64,000 nt of DNA, taken from IMG/VR virus record IMGVR_UViG_3300037234_000698, one strand, 5' to 3'. Below the pieces are notes generated by a model. The model was not told the DNA's origin and did not search any database. It worked only from the letters and a program-made list of their open reading frames with translations. Position numbers and translations under genes: made by a program. The stretch comes from an uncultured virus (IMG/VR IMGVR_UViG_3300037234_000698) (taxonomy: Duplodnaviria; Heunggongvirae; Uroviricota; Caudoviricetes). Every line of letters begins with the position of its first letter. Position 1 is the first letter of the stretch. Below are positions 18,605 through 26,989 of this stretch, piece by piece.

Positions 18605-19480
18605 CTACTGGTATCCGAAGGCCTGGTTGTAGCCGCGGAACTTGGACATGACCAGCTGGGCGATGTCCCGCGGAACGTGCTTCTGCCAGTCGTCGTCCCT
18701 GGGTTCGATCTTCCCAGTCCCATCGTGGGGGAACTTGTTGTTGTAGAGCCCGTCCACGTCCTGGTTGCCGACCGAGTCCTTGACGTCGTCGAAGTCATGC
18801 TCGAACGGCTCTTCGCCCAGCGCCGCGTAGATTCTGTCGATGACCATCTGCGGGGCCTGCACGAACGTCTCGTACTGGACGACGTGGACGAAGGGCTTGC
18901 CCTCCTGGTTTCGGAGATTGCGCCGGATGAGGTCTTCGATGCCGAGGATCTGCTGGCCCAACATCCCGTTCGGCGCGAACATCCGGTCGGCGCGATTGTA
19001 CGAGGTGAGCTCGACGGCGTTGCCGGCCTCATCGATCATCGGGTTTTTCGCGTGCTGCTTCTCAACCGAGGCGAAGATCGCTCGCAGGTCGCGAACGCAG
19101 ATGAAGAGCTGGGCCGTGGGGAACAGCTGATTGAGCAGCGGCGCGTTCAAATTCCAGAATCTGCACTTGTCGAGGATCACCTCGCCGCGGCCCGCGTACC
19201 ACTCCTCGACGAGCGCCCGCGCAGCGCGCGTCATGCGGTCCTGCGCGTCGTCCTTGTCCACGATCATCGCGCTCTTGATCTCGGGGGACCGTGACCAGAG
19301 GTTGCTGATCGCGCGGACGGTCTGCGCCATGCAGGACGTGGAGCTCGCATGGAAGCGCGGGTTTTGATTGATCGTGTTGCAGAGGAGGGTCGAGCCGCTT
19401 CGGGGCATACCCGACAAGCAGTTGAATTTCATAGCGTGTCCATTTCGGCTGCGAGTGCGGCTGCGAGGTTTGCGCTTCAT
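18605..19480 (-). CDS. sulfotransferase-family protein
   Basis: SGMPRSGSTLL (5'-PSB loop), VRDLRAIFAS (3'-PB), VQYE.F...P. Confidence 0.9.
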   Translation of the reverse strand: MKRKPRSRTRSRNGHAMKFNCLSGMPRSGSTLLCNTINQNPRFHASSTSCMAQTVRAISNLWSRSPEIKSAMIVDKDDAQDRMTRAARALVEEWYAGRGEVILDKCRFWNLNAPLLNQLFPTAQLFICVRDLRAIFASVEKQHAKNPMIDEAGNAVELTSYNRADRMFAPNGMLGQQILGIEDLIRRNLRNQEGKPFVHVVQYETFVQAPQMVIDRIYAALGEEPFEHDFDDVKDSVGNQDVDGLYNNKFPHDGTGKIEPRDDDWQKHVPRDIAQLVMSKFRGYNQAFGYQ

Positions 19481-19490
19481 GGCGTGGTTT

Positions 19491-19745
19491 CTATGCGGGC
19501 TCGGCGTTGACCCGGGCGCGCAGTGCCACGAGCGCGGCCTCCTCCGCTGTCATCGCGTCCAGCCTGGCCTGGGCCGTCGCGACCTGGGTTGCCGCCCGCT
19601 CCTTCTGCTGGCCAAGGCGGGCAATCGCCCTGTCGAGTTTCTTTGAGGAAACCTGCCGGGATTCCGCGGTCGCCGCCGGCCTGACCAGGACGGCGACTCC
19701 GCTTCCGTCCACGTCCCACTTCTCGCCTCTTTTGTTCTCTGCCAT
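19491..19745 (-). CDS. small coiled-coil protein
   Basis: Heptad-like Ala/Leu pattern; lies directly after the fibre gene. Confidence 0.6.
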   Translation of the reverse strand: MAENKRGEKWDVDGSGVAVLVRPAATAESRQVSSKKLDRAIARLGQQKERAATQVATAQARLDAMTAEEAALVALRARVNAEPA

Positions 19746-19765
19746 GTCTCTTGCCTTTCTCGGTT

Positions 19766-22198
19766 CTAGTTGATGGAGCGGCTTACCTCGTACCAGCTGG
19801 TGCCGTCGAAGATCAGTCTGAGAACTGTATCATCGGCGCTGGTGAAGGCGGCGGCCAGATCGACGCTGTTGGCGGCGTGCGTGTTGTCGTCGGTGATCGT
19901 CACCAGCCCGTCCACGAAGAGCAGCACGAGCTCCTGTCCGCTGAACCCATTGGTAATAGTGGCTATGGTGTTGCCGAGGGCATCGCCGGTGACCGTCATC
20001 AGGCTAGAGGACGTCGCCATCGTCGTAACTCCGACGCCGAGAGTGACGGGGTTGTTCGCGCCGCCGAACTGGCCCGTGCCCCGCGCCTGGAACCGGGTGC
20101 CGACTTTCATGGAGTTAGGGATGTTGTTGACCCCTGTTCCGAACTGGATTGCGTTGACTGCGGAGGCCAAAATTGCTCCCGCGCCGGTGGCGTTGCCAAA
20201 GGCAAGCGCTCCAGCGGCGGTGGCTCGAACCGAGTAGCTGTCTGCGAAACCGCCCGCGAAGCTGCCCTCTCCCGTCGCGTCGATGTTATTGCCATTGTCG
20301 GAGCTCCCGAACGCGAACGATCCCCGGCCGGACGCGCCAATGTCGGCGCCGTCGATGGCCGAGCCGAACGCATGAGCGCCAGCGCTGGGTGCTTGGATCT
20401 CGCCGTCCAATACGTAGCCGTGTGCGAACGAGCCCCGGCCGCCTGCCCGGATCAGTCCGGTGGCGGCGGCCTCCGCTCTTACGAAACCGCCGGCCCAGGC
20501 GCCCTCGTTGATCGCTTCGATCTCCCCGACAGAGGCAGCGCCCTCGGCCTTGTAGACGGCGCCCCACGCGAACGCCCCCTGGTCATTTGCGAGGATCACC
20601 CCACCGGGGTCGCCGGGATCCTGGCTCCCGCTTCCTTCGGCCCAGCCGCCAGCGAGAGTTCCGTCGCCGCTGGCTGTGATGTTCCCGCCTTCTTCGGTGG
20701 CGCCCATCGCGAAGGCCCCTTGTCCGCTCGCCGTGATCTGCGACCACACGTACGGGCGATACTTATAGGCGTAGCCCATGGCGAAGGAGCCGTCGCCGTT
20801 CGCCTCGATCTTGGCCCAGCCGTAGCCGCCGTCGCCGCCGCTGGCGTACCCCATCGCAAACGAACCCGAAGACACGCGCGTCAGGAGCACCGCCGTGCCG
20901 CGGTCGGGAATTGGTCGAATCGCCGCCTCGCCGTACGAAGCACCCCCGCCTGAGAAAGAGCCCCAGCCGTCGGCGGTAATGCGCCCGGACCTGTAGGTGT
21001 AGCCCCTCGCCTGGTTACCAGGCCCCGACGCGAGGATGTGGCAATCCTCCTCCGCAAAGCCGAACGCCTGCGCTCCCTCGCCGGTGGCTTCGAGGACAGA
21101 GTTGTCATAGGCGTACCCACTCGCAAGCGCACCCTTGCCAGCAGCCCCACCCGCATAGATCCGCCCAGTGTCTTTCGCGTAGCCGTGCGCGAACGCACCC
21201 TTGCCGTCTGCGATAACGTCGCCAGCGGAGTTGCTGTACCCGGCCGCGAAGCTACCGCCACTTAGGGCCTGTACGGACGAGCCGGCACCTTCCGCGTAAC
21301 CCGTCACGAAGCTGCCGTTCTGCTCCGACTCGACCAGGCCGTCATTGCGCGTGTACCCATGTGCGAACGATCCAGGGCCGTCCGCGTTGACATCACCGCC
21401 GTTACGCGCGACCCCGCACGCAAACGCGCCCGGGTCTAGGGCTTGAACCTGGCCGCTGTAAGCGTAGCCGAACGCCGCCGCGCCATGGTGCCCAGCGTAG
21501 ACGCGCGCTCCACTGCCAACGTACCCGGAGTAGGCCCACCCGTGCGCGAAGGCCCCTCGTCCGCTCGCCGTGACGTAGGTGTTGCCGTAACCTGGCCCTG
21601 TGTTGCCGGCACTCCTCACGTACCCCCCTGCGTGGGCACCGAAAGCGTTAGCCGTGATCTCGCCAGTGTATTCGTCTCCTAGGATGTAACCATGCGCAAC
21701 CGCGCCGGCTCGCGCGTATATCTGACACCAGGCGTCGTTGGTGTTGTTGATGTAGCCCATGGCGAAGGAGCCTAAGCCGCGCGCCTCGATGTTCGCTGTG
21801 TTGCTGTTGGGAGTGTTTTCGATGTAGCCCATGGCGAGGCCGCTCGCCGCGCCCGCCACCTTCACTGATGAGTTGTTTCCTCCCTCGATGTGACCAATGG
21901 CCCCTGAAGCCTGGCCCACCGGAGCAGTGACAACGCCTGCTGCGTCTCCGGTCTTGAGGATTAGTGGGTTCGTGATGCCGCCGCCGCTGACGATTTGCGT
22001 CCAGGCCGTGGCCGCGGCGCCGGTCTTGATCCAGACCTCACCGCCGGCGGCGACGTAGCGCTCGAAGAGCGAACCCTCGGCGGCGACCACGCCACCACCG
22101 GCCGACGGATCGACCGTGCCGGCATAGACGCCGGGATCGCCCGCGCCGCCGCTGATCAGGACGATGTTATCTACGCCACCGCGTCTAGCTATCGACAT
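19766..22198 (-). CDS. long spike/fibre protein with Gly/Ala-rich beta-roll-like repeats (YadA-head-like)
   Basis: Shared N-terminal DPSAGGG..A.EGS domain; many A.G.GSFA.GY repeats. Confidence 0.75.
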   Translation of the reverse strand: MSIARRGGVDNIVLISGGAGDPGVYAGTVDPSAGGGVVAAEGSLFERYVAAGGEVWIKTGAAATAWTQIVSGGGITNPLILKTGDAAGVVTAPVGQASGAIGHIEGGNNSSVKVAGAASGLAMGYIENTPNSNTANIEARGLGSFAMGYINNTNDAWCQIYARAGAVAHGYILGDEYTGEITANAFGAHAGGYVRSAGNTGPGYGNTYVTASGRGAFAHGWAYSGYVGSGARVYAGHHGAAAFGYAYSGQVQALDPGAFACGVARNGGDVNADGPGSFAHGYTRNDGLVESEQNGSFVTGYAEGAGSSVQALSGGSFAAGYSNSAGDVIADGKGAFAHGYAKDTGRIYAGGAAGKGALASGYAYDNSVLEATGEGAQAFGFAEEDCHILASGPGNQARGYTYRSGRITADGWGSFSGGGASYGEAAIRPIPDRGTAVLLTRVSSGSFAMGYASGGDGGYGWAKIEANGDGSFAMGYAYKYRPYVWSQITASGQGAFAMGATEEGGNITASGDGTLAGGWAEGSGSQDPGDPGGVILANDQGAFAWGAVYKAEGAASVGEIEAINEGAWAGGFVRAEAAATGLIRAGGRGSFAHGYVLDGEIQAPSAGAHAFGSAIDGADIGASGRGSFAFGSSDNGNNIDATGEGSFAGGFADSYSVRATAAGALAFGNATGAGAILASAVNAIQFGTGVNNIPNSMKVGTRFQARGTGQFGGANNPVTLGVGVTTMATSSSLMTVTGDALGNTIATITNGFSGQELVLLFVDGLVTITDDNTHAANSVDLAAAFTSADDTVLRLIFDGTSWYEVSRSIN

Positions 22199-22491
22199 TA
22201 CTGTATGTCCTTGGTCGAGAGGTTCCCGGCGTCGTCCACGACGAGCTCGTGAGTCTTGCCGTCAGGGCTGACGACATGGGGGGAGGTGAGCGCTTTCGCG
22301 TCGTAGGTGAAGCCCTGGCTGGCCATGAACTCGTCCAGGGCCTCGATGACGCCCTTTGTCGAGTCGTCTACCTCGACGTCGAAGGCTGGCGTGCAGTACA
22401 CCGCCGCGATTCGTGTGCCCTTCGCGACCTTGCTGGCGAGCACTGCGTTGCTCACGCCAGTGAGCTTATAGCGTCTGATTACGGTTGCCAT
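22198..22491 (-). CDS. small putative virion protein
   Basis: GGAGG RBS; sits inside the spike cluster. Confidence 0.6.
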   Translation of the reverse strand: MATVIRRYKLTGVSNAVLASKVAKGTRIAAVYCTPAFDVEVDDSTKGVIEALDEFMASQGFTYDAKALTSPHVVSPDGKTHELVVDDAGNLSTKDIQ

Positions 22492-22500
22492 GGTGTCCTC

Positions 22501-23100
22501 CTAGTAGGCGATCTCCAGCGATGCCATCACCTCGACGTTCCCAGACCCAATCGCGCTTGCCTTTACCGCCCTAATGGTGATCAGGTCGCCCGCCGCAAAC
22601 GCGACCGTGTTGGCGAGATCCGAGGCGTCGCCCACGGCGCCGGTCGCGAGAGTGCAAGTGATAATCGACGCAACGCCGTTCTGGTCAACGGAGTACACTA
22701 CGCTGTTGCCGTTGCCGTTGGCGAGGTTGTGCCGCACTCTCAGATTCCTGACGGTGCCGGCGCGGGGTAGTCGAAAGGCATGGTGGTCGACGTTGTCCGC
22801 GGTCGCTTGCTCGTAGCCGGGGTCCAACCAGCGGGTGTCTGCGGACGCGGCCACGCTGTTGTTGCCCCAGGTCAGGACAGACGAGCCCGCGCTGCCCAGG
22901 ATGGTGGTGAGGAGCTTCGACCAGGCGATGGCCGCGGCGCCGGTCTTGAGCCAGAGCTCGCCGGCCGTGGCGACGTAGCGCATGTAGGTGCTGCCCTCGG
23001 GAGCCGCCAGGCCGCCGCCGGCGCTCGGGTCGGCGGTGCCGGCCAGCTTCCGCGGGTTCGCCGTGAAGTGGATTTCCTCGATGCGCTGTAGCTTGCTCAT
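22501..23100 (-). CDS. spike paralog
   Basis: Shared N-terminal domain plus a beta-rich C-terminal domain. Confidence 0.75.
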   Translation of the reverse strand: MSKLQRIEEIHFTANPRKLAGTADPSAGGGLAAPEGSTYMRYVATAGELWLKTGAAAIAWSKLLTTILGSAGSSVLTWGNNSVAASADTRWLDPGYEQATADNVDHHAFRLPRAGTVRNLRVRHNLANGNGNSVVYSVDQNGVASIITCTLATGAVGDASDLANTVAFAAGDLITIRAVKASAIGSGNVEVMASLEIAY

Positions 23101-23109
23101 GCTCGCCCC

Positions 23110-23754
23110 CTACCCGATCTGATGCGCCATTAGCTGCATGTAGACCGGCGTTATCGTGCCGGTCGGCTGGGCGTCGCTTGAAACCCTCACCTCGACGCTG
23201 TCGCCCGTGACGGTGGCGTGCTGTCCCACGAAGCCGGCGCTACCGACATCGCCGCCGGATGAGAGCTTGCGGCGGCATCCAAGGCCCGGGATCGGATTGC
23301 CGAACGAGTCGTAGGCCAGGAACGTCAACGTCGAGTTGGGTGTCCCGAGAAAGCTGATCTGGAACACGACCTCAACGATGCTGACCGGCGTGCCGCCGTA
23401 GGTGATCTTGTCCTGCGTGTGGTCGGGGGTGTAGTAGAGCGGGGCGCCGTAGTTGGCGGCGAATCCCAGCACCTTTACGAACGCCCCTGTGAGTCCGGTC
23501 TGTTGTGTGCCTCCGTTGTCCACGTACATCCCAGCGCGCCCCTGGGTGAGCGTGAGAGCGCCGGCGATTCGCTGCCAGGCCGTGTCCGCGGCTCCGGTTT
23601 TGACGTAGAGCTCACCGGCCGTGGCGACGTAGCGCATGTAGGTGCTGCCCTCGGGAGCCGCGACGCCGGCACCAGCCGAGGGATCGACGATGCCGGCCAG
23701 CTTGCGAGGGTTGGCGGTGAAGTGGATTTCTTCGATGCGTTGTAGCTTGCTCAT
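23110..23754 (-). CDS. spike paralog with C1q/TNF-like beta-sandwich C-terminal domain
   Basis: N-terminus nearly identical to 22501-23100; C-terminus unrelated. Confidence 0.72.
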   Translation of the reverse strand: MSKLQRIEEIHFTANPRKLAGIVDPSAGAGVAAPEGSTYMRYVATAGELYVKTGAADTAWQRIAGALTLTQGRAGMYVDNGGTQQTGLTGAFVKVLGFAANYGAPLYYTPDHTQDKITYGGTPVSIVEVVFQISFLGTPNSTLTFLAYDSFGNPIPGLGCRRKLSSGGDVGSAGFVGQHATVTGDSVEVRVSSDAQPTGTITPVYMQLMAHQIG

Positions 23755-23760
23755 TGCGAC

Positions 23761-24723
23761 CTAGAAGGCGAACCAGCGGAATTGCGTTGCGCGGACGTGC
23801 GCCACCCATTTGCGAAGCGTCTCGTCGCCTGGCGTGACCTGCACCTCGATGGAGCCGAGGACGCTATTGCCGACCAGATCGACCACGTCACCGCGTTGGT
23901 TGACGAGCTCGTCGATTTCGACCGGCCCCTGGATGTCCACGGTGTTTCCGGTAGAGCGACGGCCGATCACGCAGCGGAGGATCCACCCGCCGAGCTGGGA
24001 GAGGCCCCCCTGGAGCTCGTGGCCGCCGATCAGCCTCACCTCGATGATCCAGGCATAACGGATGTTCGCCAGGTCCAGTGAGTTGAGCGCGGTCGCAGGC
24101 TCGATGCCATCGAGAGTTAGGACGTGCAGGTTCGTGTCGTTGCTCGTCGCCCGCACGACCATCTCCATGGACTGGGCGTCGCCTTGCTCGTTGAACTGCC
24201 CACCGGCTAGCGCCTTCGAGCCCAGCCAGCGGGCCTGCGATTGCTTGCCCTGTGCCGACGAATGGCCTGCCGCCGCCTGGCACTGCTCTCCAGAGCAGAA
24301 CGTGTCGGCTCCACTCGCGCGGTTGTTCTGCCCGGCCGCAATGAACGAGCGGGCTCCGCTGGCGACTTCCGAGCCGATGGATCGGGTCTGCTGGAAGTCG
24401 GCGGCGAGCGCACCTCGATTGCCGCCTCCGTTGTCCATGCGGATCCTCCGGCCGTTGTTAACCGGCTGGAGCCTCGTGCCGTCGTCGGTCCACACGGCTA
24501 CGCCTGCGCCAGTGGCGGCCTTCGACCAGGCGGTCGCCGCCGCCCCCGTCTTAATCCAGAGCTCACCGGCGGCGCCAACGTAGCGCATGTAGTTCGAGCC
24601 CTCGACCGCGGGGACGCCACCTCCCGCGGTCGGATCGACCGTGCCGGCGATCACGGAGGGGTTGCCGGCCCCGCCGCTGATCACGATGTACTGCTCTGCT
24701 CCTCCGCGAACTCCGATGCTCAT
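23761..24723 (-). CDS. spike paralog
   Basis: Shared N-terminal domain; short ASG..S repeats. Confidence 0.75.
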   Translation of the reverse strand: MSIGVRGGAEQYIVISGGAGNPSVIAGTVDPTAGGGVPAVEGSNYMRYVGAAGELWIKTGAAATAWSKAATGAGVAVWTDDGTRLQPVNNGRRIRMDNGGGNRGALAADFQQTRSIGSEVASGARSFIAAGQNNRASGADTFCSGEQCQAAAGHSSAQGKQSQARWLGSKALAGGQFNEQGDAQSMEMVVRATSNDTNLHVLTLDGIEPATALNSLDLANIRYAWIIEVRLIGGHELQGGLSQLGGWILRCVIGRRSTGNTVDIQGPVEIDELVNQRGDVVDLVGNSVLGSIEVQVTPGDETLRKWVAHVRATQFRWFAF

Positions 24724-24782
24724 GGCGTCTCCTGTGCAATCTGCCTTACAACGAGCGACATACGGCCTAGACCGCTAGCGCG

Positions 24783-25406
24783 CTACGAGATAGCGAACGA
24801 CACCTCCATCACGGCCTCGAGGTCCAGGGTGATGGGCGCGTACGAGGCGAGCGTGGTGATCTCGACGCCCAGCAGGTCGCCGGCCACGAACGAGTCGACG
24901 CCAGCGGCCTGGGTGGCCTCGCCGCCAGAGGGGTTGCCTCCGGCGTTGTGGCTGATCGCCAGCGTGCCGGTTGCGCCGTTCACCGTGACCGTGGCGATCA
25001 GGGCGTCGGCGGTCGCGTCGGTGATCGCGCCCGTGAGCCGGGTGCCCAGGCCGACGATGCTGCCGGCGCGGATCGCCTTGATGTCGTCGAACGAAGTCGA
25101 GACGAGCGCGAACAGGTCCACGTCGGTCTGCGATACGCCCACGTTCTGCTGCGTCCACTTCTCGCCGAGCCACTCGCGCGAGACTTGCGCGCCCGGGTCG
25201 ACCTCCGTCCATGCGGTCGCCGCGGCGCCCTCCTTGAGCCAGAGCTGGCCTGCAGCCGCGCCGTAGCGCAGATACAGTGAGCCCTCCTGGGCGGCAACGC
25301 CGCCGCCTGCGCTCGGGTCCACTGTCCCGGCCAGTAGCTCGGGGTCGCCCGCGCCGCCACTGATCAGGATTACGTTGTCTGTTCCGCCTCTTCTTGCTGT
25401 GCTCAT
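24783..25406 (-). CDS. spike paralog
   Basis: Shared N-terminal domain; C-terminal domain shared with 25417-26433. Confidence 0.75.
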   Translation of the reverse strand: MSTARRGGTDNVILISGGAGDPELLAGTVDPSAGGGVAAQEGSLYLRYGAAAGQLWLKEGAAATAWTEVDPGAQVSREWLGEKWTQQNVGVSQTDVDLFALVSTSFDDIKAIRAGSIVGLGTRLTGAITDATADALIATVTVNGATGTLAISHNAGGNPSGGEATQAAGVDSFVAGDLLGVEITTLASYAPITLDLEAVMEVSFAIS

Positions 25407-25416
25407 GATCGTTCTC

Positions 25417-26433
25417 CTAGAACTCTAAGTCCATCCAGGCTTCGACGTCCGTGGTCACAGGCGTGAAGGTCTGCAGGGTTGTGATCTCGATGCCGAGAAG
25501 ATCCCCAGCAACGAAGGTATCGATAGCGGCTGCTTGGACTGCCTGGCCGCCGCTCGGATTTACGCCACTTGAGTGAGCGATCTGAAGGCTGCCGCCCACG
25601 CCGTTGATCGTCACCTTGACGATTGCGCTGTTCGCGGTTGCGTCGGTGAGCGCCTCGGTGAAGCGCGTGGAAAGGCCGACGATGCTGCCGGCGCGGATCG
25701 CCTTGATCGAATCGAAGGACACGGACATGAGCGCCGACAGATCGACCTCTGCCTGGCTGTCCGCGACGTTCTCCTGGTGCCACTTCTCCGGTGGGGCATA
25801 CCTGTCGAGCCCCCCGACACCGCCGACGGTGATCGGATCGTTAATGGCGCCGACCGCGGCGATTGCCGTGAAGGTAACGCCGGTCTTGGTACCCTTGACG
25901 TTGACGCGCATCCAGTTGGCGATCACCTCGCGGTTGCGGAGGCTGTTGCCCGACTGGAAGCCGGCGCCGCAGGCCGCGTAGTCCACGCCGTCCTCGGAGC
26001 TCTCCACCGTGACCAGTGCGCCCTTGAAAGAGCCGCCCACCACGATAGTGGTGAAATTGCCCAAAGCCGACACGTCCACCGGAGCGCCGTTGCCGTCGCC
26101 GACCGGCATCGGCAGGACGACGAAATTGCCGCCGTTGTCGTTGGCGCCCACGTCGCAGTTGGCGCTGAACGGCACGCCTGACTTGCGACCCTTGACGTGG
26201 ACGCGCATATACTGCGCGGCCACGTCCTTGGTTTTCTTCTCGCCCGAGCTCTGGAAGGTAATCAGCGGCGCCCAGGTGTTGCCGCCGTCCTCGGACACCT
26301 GGACGGTGACAGTGACGCCTGGGAAGCTGCCCGTGCATTGGACGGTCTTGCTTTTGCCCATGGCCGAGGTATCGACCGCGGCGCCAGCGCCGTTTAGGAC
26401 GGGAAATGGAAGGTCGACAAAAAGGTTTGCCAT
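25417..26433 (-). CDS. putative vertex/spike protein with two tandem beta-sandwich repeats
   Basis: NG.GA.VD.SA.G...VTV..SEDG...FQS...MRV.VKG.K.GV.F occurs twice. Confidence 0.75.
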   Translation of the reverse strand: MANLFVDLPFPVLNGAGAAVDTSAMGKSKTVQCTGSFPGVTVTVQVSEDGGNTWAPLITFQSSGEKKTKDVAAQYMRVHVKGRKSGVPFSANCDVGANDNGGNFVVLPMPVGDGNGAPVDVSALGNFTTIVVGGSFKGALVTVESSEDGVDYAACGAGFQSGNSLRNREVIANWMRVNVKGTKTGVTFTAIAAVGAINDPITVGGVGGLDRYAPPEKWHQENVADSQAEVDLSALMSVSFDSIKAIRAGSIVGLSTRFTEALTDATANSAIVKVTINGVGGSLQIAHSSGVNPSGGQAVQAAAIDTFVAGDLLGIEITTLQTFTPVTTDVEAWMDLEF

Positions 26434-26532
26434 GGTGTTCTCCTAAAGAAGGTCGTTGATCCAAGTGTAAGGGTTGAGCGTCGTGAGCATACGGCAGAGC
26501 TGGGGAAGCGATACGCTCTTGTTGGCCATGAC

Positions 26533-26745
26533 CTAGCCCCAGAGATCCTTCTGGAAGTTGTCCCAGACCCTCGGAAAAACGACCAGCAGTCCGACGGCCG
26601 CGATGGCCAGAAGGCCGACGGCGCCGATGCCGCCCGCGACGCTGCCGGTTGGCTCGGGGCTGCCGCAGCAACCGATGCTCTGGAGCGGCGCGCCGTTCAT
26701 GTAGAGTCGGCTTCCCGGCATCTTCTTGTAGTAACCGTTACGCAT
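26533..26745 (-). CDS. small membrane protein
   Basis: Start MRNGYY; C-terminal TM. Confidence 0.6.
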   Translation of the reverse strand: MRNGYYKKMPGSRLYMNGAPLQSIGCCGSPEPTGSVAGGIGAVGLLAIAAVGLLVVFPRVWDNFQKDLWG

Positions 26746-26989
26746 CGGATTTCCCCTTCTCTCCCGTGATGAACTTCCGGAGCCCAAAGAACCCGGCGAT
26801 GGGAATGCCGACCAGGGCGAGCGCCTGCAGCGCTTCCCAGAATGCCGCCTTCTCCTGGGCCTTGACCCGCCGCACGTCGAGCGTGACGCTTTGCCGTTCG
26901 AGCTCGAGCCGGGCATCGTCGCGAGTCTCGCGGCGCTCGACGAGGTCGGGCGCCGCGTCCTCCTGGCCTACTGATCGGTAGTAGCTCAT
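26738..26989 (-). CDS. small membrane protein
   Basis: MSYYRSVGQ; TM followed by a basic tail. Confidence 0.7.
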   Translation of the reverse strand: MSYYRSVGQEDAAPDLVERRETRDDARLELERQSVTLDVRRVKAQEKAAFWEALQALALVGIPIAGFFGLRKFITGEKGKSDA

